NCBI GenBank assembly: GCA_020248265.1
Contig: JADCHX010000004.1
Coordinates: forward strand, 103,473-167,472
Direction of reading: 5' to 3'
Source: Rhodocyclaceae bacterium
Lineage (GTDB): Bacteria; Pseudomonadota; Gammaproteobacteria; Burkholderiales; CAIKXV01
DNA: 64,000 nucleotides
Shown here one piece after another: positions 18,875-27,828 of the stretch. A model generated the notes under the pieces. That model did no database searches. It was not told the origin of the DNA and saw only the letters and a program-made list of their open reading frames with translations. The position numbers were made by a program, and so were the translations under genes. Position 1 is the first letter of the stretch, and the number at the start of each line of letters is the position of its first letter.

Positions 18875-19291
18875 TCAGTGCGCGTCGGCAGACAGCTGCG
18901 CGAGTTCGACCAGGCAGTTGCCGGTGGCCGACGGGTCGATGAAGGCAATGCGCGCGCCGCCGTGGCCGATGCGCGGTACCGCGTCGAGCAGCGGGATGCC
19001 TTTCGCCTTGAGTTCTTCGAGCGCCTCGTCGATGTCCTCGACCTCGAAGCAGATGTGGTTCAGGCCACCCTTGCCTTCGGCGACCATCTTCGCCTGCTTG
19101 CTGTCGGGCGTGGTGCCAGCGATCAGTTCGACCATCGAATCGCCGACCGGGTAGAACGCGAGCTCGACCGGACGATCCGGCATCTTCTCGGTGCCGGTGA
19201 GCTTGATGCCGAAGCAGTCTTCCCAGAGCGCGCGGCTCTGCTCGAGGTTGCCGACGACGATGCCGACGTGTTCGATGCGCTTGATCTTCAT
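18875..19291 (-). CDS. VOC-family protein (glyoxalase / methylmalonyl-CoA epimerase-like)
   Basis: 138 aa from ATG 19291. MKIKRIEHVGIVVGNLEQS and GGLNHICFEVEDI. Confidence 0.75.
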   Translation of the reverse strand: MKIKRIEHVGIVVGNLEQSRALWEDCFGIKLTGTEKMPDRPVELAFYPVGDSMVELIAGTTPDSKQAKMVAEGKGGLNHICFEVEDIDEALEELKAKGIPLLDAVPRIGHGGARIAFIDPSATGNCLVELAQLSADAH

Positions 19292-19370
19292 GGAGGGCCT
19301 TTGACCGGATCGACCCGCGAAGGTTAACCCCGCGGTCGATTGTCTGCTATCCCGGCCTGGCCTCGACCGG

Positions 19371-20345
19371 TCAGCGGCCCGGTCCGAACACCTCCGTCCG
19401 CCACTGGTCGCTTGCTGCAGCAAATGCAGTGACGAAGCGCACGGTCTCTTCAAGGTCGGACGTCATGGGTTCGACGCCGAGGGTGTCGAACCGGGCGCGT
19501 ACGGCCGGATCGCGCGAGGCGTCTGCCAGCGCCGCGTTGAGCCGAGCCTGCGTCGAGCCTGGCGTCCTGCCGGGTGCCCAGAGGCAGATGCCGCCATTGA
19601 ATACATGGCCCTTCAGCCCGGCCTGCTCGGCGGTCGGGACTTCAGGCAAGGCCGGCAGGCGCTCCGACGACAGCACGGCGAGCGCGCGCAGCCTTCCGGA
19701 CGCGATTAGCGGTACCGCAGCGGCGGACCCCTGTACCGCATAGGCAAGGCGGCCTCCGATCAGGTCGTTCATCGCGCCGTCCTTGTAGGGCACGTGCAGC
19801 GCCTCGAAGCCGAGGGCCCGTGCGAGCCGCGCGCCTTGAAGGTGGGGCGAACTGCCTTCGCCCTGAGATGGATAGGCAACCGGGTTCGGCTGGCTGCGGG
19901 CGAACGCCGCGAGTGCCTTGAGGCTGGTGACCGGCGAATTTCCCGTTACCAGTACCAGCCAGTGGTCACGCATCATCCTGCCGACGGGCGTGAGGTCCTT
20001 GAACAGCGCCAGCGGCGGCCGACCCTGGCTGACGAACGCATGCGTGATCGAGTCGCCCGAGCAGCCGCTGGCGTTGAGCACGTGGCCGTCGGGCGCTGCC
20101 GTGGCCGTGGCGCTGGTCGCCAGCGTGCCACCGGCACCCGGGCGGTTCTCGACGATGACCGGCTGGCCCAGCAGTGGTCCCATCGCGGCACCGAGCGTGC
20201 GCGCGACCACGTCGGGTGAAGTCCCGGCCGGAAGGCCGATGAGCACCCGGATCGGTTGCGTGGGGAAGGGCTGCGCCGCGGCATGCATGGCGGTGGTGAT
20301 GCACACGGCGGCGAGCGCGAAGGTGGTCCTGCCTTTCGAGTCCAT
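19371..20345 (-). CDS. Bug/TctC-family periplasmic solute receptor
   Basis: Start ATG 20345 (or 20375). PFPTQPIRVLIGLPAGTSPD and VPYKDGAMNDLIGGRL. Confidence 0.8.
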   Translation of the reverse strand: MDSKGRTTFALAAVCITTAMHAAAQPFPTQPIRVLIGLPAGTSPDVVARTLGAAMGPLLGQPVIVENRPGAGGTLATSATATAAPDGHVLNASGCSGDSITHAFVSQGRPPLALFKDLTPVGRMMRDHWLVLVTGNSPVTSLKALAAFARSQPNPVAYPSQGEGSSPHLQGARLARALGFEALHVPYKDGAMNDLIGGRLAYAVQGSAAAVPLIASGRLRALAVLSSERLPALPEVPTAEQAGLKGHVFNGGICLWAPGRTPGSTQARLNAALADASRDPAVRARFDTLGVEPMTSDLEETVRFVTAFAAASDQWRTEVFGPGR

Positions 20346-20424
20346 ATCTCGTCCAGCTGATGGTGTGGCGCACACTCTATGCAGGGCGAGGCCGTCGGTC
20401 GAGCGGTTGCCGCACAGAACACAA

Positions 20425-20439
20425 GTGAATAGGATTCAC
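20425..20439. promoter_or_regulatory. LysR-type T-N11-A box GTGAAT-AGG-ATTCAC
   Basis: Perfect 6-3-6 inverted repeat containing T-N11-A. Lies in the 121-nt divergent region between Bug gene (start 20345) and LysR gene (start 20467). Confidence 0.45.
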
Positions 20440-20466
20440 CAATAAACCGTCGGCAGTCAGCTCGTC

Positions 20467-21408
20467 GTGGACAGACTCAGGAAGCTCGAGATACTCACCA
20501 GGGTCGCGGATGCCGGCAGCTTTGCCCGGGCCGCGCGGCTGCTGCTGATCACGCCCTCTGCGGTCAGTCATGCGATCACGACCCTCGAGCGCGAACTGGG
20601 CGTCGTGCTGTTTTATCGGACGACTCGGCAACTGCAGGTCAGCACCGAAGGCGCGGAGGTGCTGCGCCATGCGCGCGAAGCGCTCGCGACGCTGAGCCGG
20701 ATCGAGTCGGTATCCACGTCGCAACGCGACCGGGCCGCGGGCACGCTCAAGCTGGGGGCGCCGCCCGGCTTCGCGCGGCATGTGCTGATGCCGATGCTGC
20801 CGGAGTTCAACAGACGGTATCCCGATATCCGGATCGAGATGCGAAACAGCGGCTCCGTGGTCGACATGCACCTGAGTGGGGCCGACCTGCACTTTCGTAT
20901 CGGCCCGGTTGCAGACAGCTCGCTGGTCGTCCGCCCGCTCGCGCGGCTCAGGTTCGGCGTCTACGCATCGCCAGGATACCTCGCGCGCCATGGTATCCCG
21001 GCCTCGCCCGAGCAACTGCGCGCGCATCGTACGCTGGTGCACAAGTCACCACGCTCCAGCACGATCGCGCCGTGGGACCAGTGGACCTACGAGCGCGACG
21101 GAGTCGAGGGAGCCGTGCAGGTGGGCCATCATCTGGTCACCGACGACAGGGAGGCCCTGCTCGAGGCTGCGATCGCCGGCGCTGGCCTGTTCCGGATGGG
21201 TATGTTCTCGCCGGCATTGCTGAGCAGCGGGAGGCTCGTGCGCGTGCTGGAGCAATGGCAATGGCCGGGTGCACCCGCGCTGTCGATGCTCTATCGCCGC
21301 ATGCCCCGCGTGCCGCGGCGCATCGCCGTCTTCATGGCGTTCGCCGAAGAAGCGGTGCGGGCGTTCGATCCGATGGGCCTGACCCTCGAAGCGAGGGTTG
21401 CCGACTGA
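20467..21408 (+). CDS. LysR-family transcriptional regulator
   Basis: 313 aa with a non-ATG start. HTH LEILTRVADAGSFARAARLLLITPSAVSHAITTLE. Confidence 0.85.
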   Translation: MDRLRKLEILTRVADAGSFARAARLLLITPSAVSHAITTLERELGVVLFYRTTRQLQVSTEGAEVLRHAREALATLSRIESVSTSQRDRAAGTLKLGAPPGFARHVLMPMLPEFNRRYPDIRIEMRNSGSVVDMHLSGADLHFRIGPVADSSLVVRPLARLRFGVYASPGYLARHGIPASPEQLRAHRTLVHKSPRSSTIAPWDQWTYERDGVEGAVQVGHHLVTDDREALLEAAIAGAGLFRMGMFSPALLSSGRLVRVLEQWQWPGAPALSMLYRRMPRVPRRIAVFMAFAEEAVRAFDPMGLTLEARVAD

Positions 21409-21450
21409 AAGCCCGGCTTTGGAAGGCGGTCGTCGCCCTGCAGGACGCAC

Positions 21451-22776
21451 TCACGTCCGCGCGAGTGCACCCGCATCACGGAGCGTCTCCAGGTCTCGTA
21501 CGATCCCGATCACGCGCGCGGCGTCGCTGCCGCTGCGTCCGTAGGCAAACAGGCTGCGGAACTTGTCCTCGAGTTCGCGATCGGTCAGCGGCACTTCTAC
21601 GCTGCCTCTGGCATGCGCAATGAAGGTCTCGTGCCGCGTGCCATCCTTCATCACCACGCACACGCCGGCGGCATCCTTTGCGACCGTATCGGAACACAGA
21701 AGCCTGGCGCGCCGACGCAGTGCTGTCACTTCGGGATCGCGTACCACGGCGTCGGTGAACTGCTGCACGCCGGCGGCACCCTGCACCATCGCCACCGCGA
21801 TGCAATGCTCCGCCGACACTTTCGAGCGCATGCCGTCGGCTGGATCCGGTCGGGACATGATGATCTGCACAGCCGGGTTCACGGTGACCTCGACGCGATC
21901 GATGTCGCCCGCGCGGATGGCGTGGCGCTCGCGCAGCAGCAGGCAGCCGTCGATCACCGGATGCACGACGATGCCGCAGGGATAGGGCTTGAATGCGTTG
22001 GCCGCGAGCTCCCAGGTCAGGCCGAGCGTATCGGTCAGCGCGGACCAGTCGCAGCGCGTCGTGAAGGCATTGCCGAAGCCGCGCGGTGCCTCGAGCGCGC
22101 AGGCGGAGCTGGTGATGCCTTTCGAGGCGTACCAGGCGGCCATGAAACCGTTGCGGGCTGCATGGCCCATGTTGAACATCCGGGTCGGGCTGCCCAGCAT
22201 CTCCGAAAGCCCGGCGGACTGGCTGGCCGCCATGCTGATCGCGTACGCGGCCTGCGTCTGGTCGAGCCCGAGCAGCCGCGCGCAGGCGGCCGCAGCGCCG
22301 ATCGTGCCGCAGGTCGAGGTGACGTGCCAGCCGCAGGCGTAGTGCTCGGGCGAGATCGCGTTGCCCACCTTGCAGGCTGCTTCGATGCCGATGACGAACG
22401 CATGCATGAAAGCCTCGCCGGGCACCTTCAGGTGCTCGGCCAGCGCCAGCGTGGCGGAGGCCACGGGTACCGACGGATGGATCACCGTCTGCAGGTGGGT
22501 GTCGTCGAAGTCGAGCACGCTGGAGGCGACACCGTTGATGATCGCGGTGGTCGCCACGTCGAACCGGCGGTCACGGTTGATCACCGTGGCCTGTGCCGGT
22601 CCCGAGAAGACGGCCAGGGACTCGATCGCGAGGTCCACCGACGGTGCACGGGAGCCGCCGATGGCACAGCCCAGCCAGTTGAGCAGCGAGCGCTTGGCAT
22701 CGTGGCGCACCGAGGCCGGCACGTCGCTCCAGCGCGCGTCCGCGATGAAGCTGGCGAGCCGGGCTGTCGCGCTCAC
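21451..22776 (-). CDS. MmgE/PrpD-family protein (paralogue 1)
   Basis: C-terminal 441 codons of track ORF 21451..24096. GTG 22776 overlaps the upstream TGA (GTGA). LASFIADARWSDVP, SVLDFDDTH and KPYPCG are typical of the family. Confidence 0.8.
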   Translation of the reverse strand: MSATARLASFIADARWSDVPASVRHDAKRSLLNWLGCAIGGSRAPSVDLAIESLAVFSGPAQATVINRDRRFDVATTAIINGVASSVLDFDDTHLQTVIHPSVPVASATLALAEHLKVPGEAFMHAFVIGIEAACKVGNAISPEHYACGWHVTSTCGTIGAAAACARLLGLDQTQAAYAISMAASQSAGLSEMLGSPTRMFNMGHAARNGFMAAWYASKGITSSACALEAPRGFGNAFTTRCDWSALTDTLGLTWELAANAFKPYPCGIVVHPVIDGCLLLRERHAIRAGDIDRVEVTVNPAVQIIMSRPDPADGMRSKVSAEHCIAVAMVQGAAGVQQFTDAVVRDPEVTALRRRARLLCSDTVAKDAAGVCVVMKDGTRHETFIAHARGSVEVPLTDRELEDKFRSLFAYGRSGSDAARVIGIVRDLETLRDAGALART

Positions 22777-23669
22777 CGTGCGTGCAGCTGCTGCTCTGCA
22801 GGCAGTGCCGCGTAGTGGGCCGCGATGTCCTTCGGCATCGCAACCCAGACATCGTCGCCGTGAGAAAGCATGTGCTGCAGCGCGCGGCGCAGCCGGGCCA
22901 GCCGGTAGGGTTGCCCGACGACGAAGGTGTGGATCGAGATCGCGTAGACCAGCGGCGTGTCCTTCGAACTGCGCAGCATCTCGTCGAAGTTGTCGACCAG
23001 CATCTCGGCATACTCCGCGCCGGTGTTGCGCCGGTAGACCACCGCCGGCTGGTCGTTGAGTTCGATCGGGTAGGGCATCGCCAGCATGCTGCCGGTCGCC
23101 GACTTCACCCAGAACGGCTGCTCGTCGCAGATGCCCCAGTCCATGCAGTACTGGTAGCCGCTCTCGGCAAGCAGGTCGGTCGTGTGCTCGCTCGGCGTGA
23201 GGTAGGGCGACATCCAGCCCACCGGCTTGACGCCGTTGCGCTCGGTGAAGGTGCGCGTCACGTCCTGCACCATCTCTCGCTCCTGCTCGAGCGTCATCTC
23301 GATCTGGCGCTCGACCTGGTTGCGGCCGTGCGCGATGAGTTCGTCCCCGCGCTTCACGTGCGCCTCGAGCACCTCCGGGCAATGGTCGTAGATCGCGGTG
23401 TTGGCGATCACGCCGACGGATAGCTCGAGCTCGTCGAACAGGTTCATCAGGCGCCAGGCGCCGACGCGGTTGCCGTACTCGCGCCACAGCCAGCTGCGCT
23501 GGCTCCAGGGTAGCGTCGGGCGGTCGAGGTCGGGGCCCGAGTTCTGTCCCCACGGGAAGTGCTCGACGTTGACCGAAACGTAGAGCGCGAGGCGCTTGCC
23601 ATCCGGCCAGGTGAAAGCGGGCCTGCGCGAGACCGGCGAATAGCCGAACCGTTCGGGTTTCTTCAGCAT
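22773..23669 (-). CDS. polysaccharide deacetylase-family protein (PuuE/allantoinase-like)
   Basis: 298 aa. LALYVSVNVEHF, GDELIAHG and the overall NodB-like pattern. Confidence 0.7.
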   Translation of the reverse strand: MLKKPERFGYSPVSRRPAFTWPDGKRLALYVSVNVEHFPWGQNSGPDLDRPTLPWSQRSWLWREYGNRVGAWRLMNLFDELELSVGVIANTAIYDHCPEVLEAHVKRGDELIAHGRNQVERQIEMTLEQEREMVQDVTRTFTERNGVKPVGWMSPYLTPSEHTTDLLAESGYQYCMDWGICDEQPFWVKSATGSMLAMPYPIELNDQPAVVYRRNTGAEYAEMLVDNFDEMLRSSKDTPLVYAISIHTFVVGQPYRLARLRRALQHMLSHGDDVWVAMPKDIAAHYAALPAEQQLHAR

Positions 23670-23698
23670 GGTGTCCTCGTCTTGTCCTTCGGGTTGGA

Positions 23699-24619
23699 TC
23701 AGATCGACGGCGGGTCTTCGCGCACGATACGCTCGGCGAACTGCAGGTCGACGTAGTCTTCATATGCACCGGACCTGGAGATCGCGCCGCACGACAGCAT
23801 CGCGTCGCGCTTCCAGTCGAGCCCGGTGCGCTGGACGATGGGGTCGGCGCTCCAGACGCCGGTCGCCTTGTAGCCGTCGAAGCAGGTGGCGAGCACGTCG
23901 CGCGGCACCTCGGGCAGGTAGCCGGACACGACCCCGGCCAGTTCAGCCCCCGAGTGTGCCGCGATCCACTTCTGGGTGCGGTACATCGCTCGCGTGACGC
24001 CCAGCACCGTATCCGGATGGCTGCGTATGAACGCCCGCGTCGTGTTGAGCGTGGTGTAGCAGGCCAGCCCGCGGTCGGACGCGCGGTACCAGACATGGCC
24101 GATGCCCTCGTCGATGGCCGCCTGCGCGAACGGCTGGAACACCTGGATCACGTCGACCTCGCCTGCGCGCAGGGCGGCCACGTTCTCGGCCATCGTGCGC
24201 TCCGGCGCACGCGCCACCTGCTTCGGGTCGATGCCGGCCAGCACGAGGTCGCGCTGCAGGCAGATCCAGGGCGTGGGTACTTCGCTCACCGTGGCGACCC
24301 GCGGACCGACCAGGTGCTGCATCGTGAAGCCTGGATTCGGCGTGCGGCCGAGCACGAAGAAGGGATCGCGGCCGACCACTTCGCAGAAGGCCACCGAATC
24401 GGATTCGGGGTCTTTGTCGAGCGCGATCATCAGCCGCATCGGACCGCCCCACGACACCTCTGCGCCGCCGGTCGCGAGGATCTGGATCGTCTCGGCAGAG
24501 GTCTTCGGCGTGATCATGCCGATCTCCAGGCCTTCGGCCCGCCAGGCACCGAGTTCGGCGGCGGCGTAGAAGGGTGCATAGAACAGCGCACGGAAATTCT
24601 CGATCAGGGTGAGTTTCAT
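23699..24619 (-). CDS. NMT1/THI5-like SBP-fold protein without signal peptide
   Basis: ATG 24619 (MKLTLIENFRALFYAPFYAAAELG). No hydrophobic leader. 306 aa. Confidence 0.65.
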   Translation of the reverse strand: MKLTLIENFRALFYAPFYAAAELGAWRAEGLEIGMITPKTSAETIQILATGGAEVSWGGPMRLMIALDKDPESDSVAFCEVVGRDPFFVLGRTPNPGFTMQHLVGPRVATVSEVPTPWICLQRDLVLAGIDPKQVARAPERTMAENVAALRAGEVDVIQVFQPFAQAAIDEGIGHVWYRASDRGLACYTTLNTTRAFIRSHPDTVLGVTRAMYRTQKWIAAHSGAELAGVVSGYLPEVPRDVLATCFDGYKATGVWSADPIVQRTGLDWKRDAMLSCGAISRSGAYEDYVDLQFAERIVREDPPSI

Positions 24620-24764
24620 CGGGGCCTGTGCTGCGGACGATAGGATCACGATCGACGATCCTACAATGCATCCCGAGGGTGTGCTCCGATTCCGCCGGCC
24701 ACCGATGCTCGTGCGCACATCGCCAGCCTTGGCGGGCAGCTGCGCAGGCACGCGCGATGAAGCC

Positions 24765-25802
24765 TCAGCCGATCGCGCGACTTACTGCGCGGGTCGGCCC
24801 GCTCCAGCTCGGGATGTAGGCCGCCTTGCGGCCGACGCCGCCGCAGACCACCAGCAGCAGGTCCTGCGGCGTCGCGCCGACGGGCAGCCCGCCGTGCGCG
24901 AGCGCCGCACCCTGTTCCGCCAGCGAGCGGCGCATCGGCTCACCCAGCCAGTCGATGGGTAGCCGTGCGCGCGCATGGATCAGCGCGGCGGCCTGTGCCT
25001 TGCTGCATCCGCCGCGCTGGAACAGCGTTGCATGCTCGGGCGGTACCAGCAGCACCGCCTGCCCGCCGCCGACGGTGCCGGCCGCGCTTACATTGCCGGC
25101 GGCCGGCATCGAGCCGGCGTAGGTCTGCGCGAGGTCGGCCGGATCGCGGCTGGAACTGTCGTTGATCTCGACGCTGCCCGCTGCGCCGACGACCGTGACC
25201 ACGCCCTGCGCCGGGTCGAAGCCACGATCGACGTGCAGGGGCGTCCATGGGCTGTCCGCCTCGTTCTCCGCGACGCAGAAGCTGTACTTGCCCGGCTGCC
25301 CGAGCGTGGCCATGTCGACCTCGCCGGGCATCGCGCCGCCTACGTTGCGCAGCACCAGGCCGAGCGCGCGGCCGATCGACGCGTTCGCCAGGTTACCCGG
25401 ACCGAGCGCGTTGGCGCCCGCATTCATGCCGGCCGCGAGTGCTGCGGGCCCGTTGACGATCACCATCGGGCAGGCCGAGCCGGTGGTGGTCGCGATGCCC
25501 AGCATGTTGAAGTCGTCCGCGCACATCGACGCGACCGCCGCCCCCACGATCTTCAGGCAGGTCGGCGTGCATCCGGCCATCACCGCGTTGATCGCCACCT
25601 GCTGCCAGGTGACGTCGACATAGGTCGGCGGCAGGACCCCGAGCGTGCCTGCCGGATCCACGCCGGCCGCCGCCATCATCCGCTCGACGCGCGCGGTCGT
25701 CGGCGGAATCACCGGCAGCCCGTCGGTGAGGCCTGCGGCCAGCAGCGCGGCCTGGGTGGTTTCATAGTCCGACGACGGGCCAGCCCAGCAGTCCATGTAC
25801 AT
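24765..25802 (-). CDS. conserved-looking protein of unknown function
   Basis: 345 aa, Gly/Ala-rich. GLTDGLPVIPPTTARVERMM and INAVMAGCTP. I cannot assign a family. First gene of a four-gene same-strand array. Confidence 0.55.
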   Translation of the reverse strand: MYMDCWAGPSSDYETTQAALLAAGLTDGLPVIPPTTARVERMMAAAGVDPAGTLGVLPPTYVDVTWQQVAINAVMAGCTPTCLKIVGAAVASMCADDFNMLGIATTTGSACPMVIVNGPAALAAGMNAGANALGPGNLANASIGRALGLVLRNVGGAMPGEVDMATLGQPGKYSFCVAENEADSPWTPLHVDRGFDPAQGVVTVVGAAGSVEINDSSSRDPADLAQTYAGSMPAAGNVSAAGTVGGGQAVLLVPPEHATLFQRGGCSKAQAAALIHARARLPIDWLGEPMRRSLAEQGAALAHGGLPVGATPQDLLLVVCGGVGRKAAYIPSWSGPTRAVSRAIG

Positions 25803-25912
25803 CCTCCGGCAGTGGCGCGGCAGGCGCGGCGCCCGGCGCTAGGCTACTGCACCGGGGCACCGGCCGGGGCGCCGCGCACGCGTGACGCCGTGCGCCGGGA
25901 TGAATACCATCC

Positions 25913-26701
25913 ATGCATCCCAGCACTGGCCGGAGGCCTTCCGTGGACGATGATGACCGCCGCGCGTTCACGCAACTGCTGGACGACCTTCGCGACCTTC
26001 ACGACCTTCACGACGAGGCCGACGCAGACGCGGTGATGCAGCGCCCCGGCATCGACGACCGTACCCGCGCACTGCTCGCACTGGCCATGGTCGCCGCACG
26101 CTGCGAGGACGACAAGGTGCCGGCGCAGGTGCGACGTTGCGTGGCGCAGGGCCTCGGGCGCAGCGAGGTCGGCGAGGCCCTGCTGCAGGTGTACTGCTAT
26201 GCCGGGGTATACGCCGGGCTGTCCAGCTTCACTGCGGCGCGCGCGACCTTCGATGCGATGGAAGCCGCCGGCGAGCTGCCGCCTTCGCTTGCAGCGGTGG
26301 TCAACCCGCCGGCACCGTCGACGACCATCGCCGGGCGCACGGCCGACGGAGCCCGCATGCGGCGCACGCTTTTCGGCGACGAGAACGTCGATCGCAACGA
26401 GCGCGAGGCCGGCGACTTCATGAACCTGTTCTGGTCGATCACCCACGACTTCTGCTTCGGCAACATCTGGTCTCGGCCATTGTTCGACCGGCAAATGCGC
26501 AGCCAGCTCTGCCTGGCGATCGCATCGGCCGCCGGCCAGGTGGGCGCGGTCGACCGTCATGTGCGCAGCGCGGTGCGCGGTGGCGTGACGCGCGAGCGCA
26601 TCGGCGAGATCTTCATCCTCGCCGGTGCGCTCGCCGGCGCAGCCAGCGGCCGCGCCGCGTTCGAGAAGGCGCGGCAGGTGTTCGCGGAACTGGACGGCTG
26701 A
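25913..26701 (+). CDS. carboxymuconolactone decarboxylase (CMD)-family protein, two CMD-like halves
   Basis: 262-aa ORF. An alternative start at ATG 26036 (MQRPGIDDRTRALLALAMV) is equally plausible. Confidence 0.7.
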   Translation: MHPSTGRRPSVDDDDRRAFTQLLDDLRDLHDLHDEADADAVMQRPGIDDRTRALLALAMVAARCEDDKVPAQVRRCVAQGLGRSEVGEALLQVYCYAGVYAGLSSFTAARATFDAMEAAGELPPSLAAVVNPPAPSTTIAGRTADGARMRRTLFGDENVDRNEREAGDFMNLFWSITHDFCFGNIWSRPLFDRQMRSQLCLAIASAAGQVGAVDRHVRSAVRGGVTRERIGEIFILAGALAGAASGRAAFEKARQVFAELDG

Positions 26702-26724
26702 CGCAGCAGCGCCGCCGCCCGCGG

Positions 26725-27699
26725 CTACTGCAGCGTGATCTTCGCTGCCTTGATCACCTTGCGCCACGCTTCGAACTCCGCGCGCATGAACTTCGCCAGC
26801 CCCTCGGGTGAACTCGGTGCCGGTTCTGCGCCCTGGCTCGCGAACAGCTCGGACATGTCGGGCTGGTTGAGCGCTCTCACCGTTTCGGCGTTGACCTGGT
26901 TGACGATGTCCCTCGGCATTGCGGCTGGGCCGTACAGCCCGTACCAGGTCGTGTACTGGAAGGCCTGCAGCCCCGGTGTCTCGGAGACGGTGGGCACGTC
27001 CGGCGCGGCCGGGGAGCGCTTCGCACTGCCGACGGCGATGGCGCGCAGCCGTCCCGACTTGATGTGCGGCAGCACCGACGGCATGCTGTTGAACAGCAGC
27101 GAGACCTGGCCGGATATGACATCGGTCATGGCCGGCGTGGTGCCCTTGTAGGGGATGTGCACCATGTCCATGCCGGTCATCGACTTCAGCAGTTCCATCC
27201 CCATGTGGTTCGGGCTTCCCGGGCCGACCGATGCATAGTTGATCTGCCCCGGCTTCGACTTCGCGAGCTTGACCAGTTCGCTCACCGTTCGCACCGGCAG
27301 CGACGGGTGCACCACCAGGATCTGCGGGTTGATCACCAGCAGTGCGATCGGTGCGAGGTCGGTGAACACGTCATAGGGCAGCTTGCTTACCGCTGGCGCC
27401 ACGGCCATCGAGCCCGATGTGCCCAGCAGCAGCGTGTGCCCGTCGGGTGGCGAGCGCAGCACCATCTCGACGCCTACCACGCCGCCGGCGCCGGGCCGAT
27501 TCTCGATCACCACCGGCTGCTTCCAGGCATCGCCCAGGCGCTGCCCGAGTGCACGGGCGACGAAATCCACCGGCCCTCCGGGCGGGAAGTGCACGACGAT
27601 ACGCAACGAGCGGTTGGGAAAACTCTGCGCGTGTGCGGACATCGCCCCGGCCAGCAGGCCGATGGCGACGCCCAGGCGCAACGACCTGGATCTGTGCAT
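26725..27699 (-). CDS. Bug/TctC-family periplasmic solute receptor
   Basis: 324 aa. SFPNRSLRIVVHFPPGGPVD and IPYKGTTPAMTDVISGQV. Confidence 0.85.
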   Translation of the reverse strand: MHRSRSLRLGVAIGLLAGAMSAHAQSFPNRSLRIVVHFPPGGPVDFVARALGQRLGDAWKQPVVIENRPGAGGVVGVEMVLRSPPDGHTLLLGTSGSMAVAPAVSKLPYDVFTDLAPIALLVINPQILVVHPSLPVRTVSELVKLAKSKPGQINYASVGPGSPNHMGMELLKSMTGMDMVHIPYKGTTPAMTDVISGQVSLLFNSMPSVLPHIKSGRLRAIAVGSAKRSPAAPDVPTVSETPGLQAFQYTTWYGLYGPAAMPRDIVNQVNAETVRALNQPDMSELFASQGAEPAPSSPEGLAKFMRAEFEAWRKVIKAAKITLQ

Positions 27700-27828
27700 T
27701 CGATGCTCCTCCGGAAGGTCTGTTCTCGTAAGGTGTCAATCTAGCACGCGGCGCCGCAGCCGCTGCCGGAACACGCTGCGGGACGATTCGTGTACTGTCG
27801 ATCGACCGCATTCGTCGAGGCTGGATTC

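Noticed and set aside
21451-24096. Track ORF of 881 aa suggesting a giant fusion protein.
   Set aside because: Only the last 441 codons are PrpD-like. The upstream part is an out-of-frame read-through over the deacetylase and NMT1-like genes. A GTG start at 22776 with a GTGA overlap explains the real gene.
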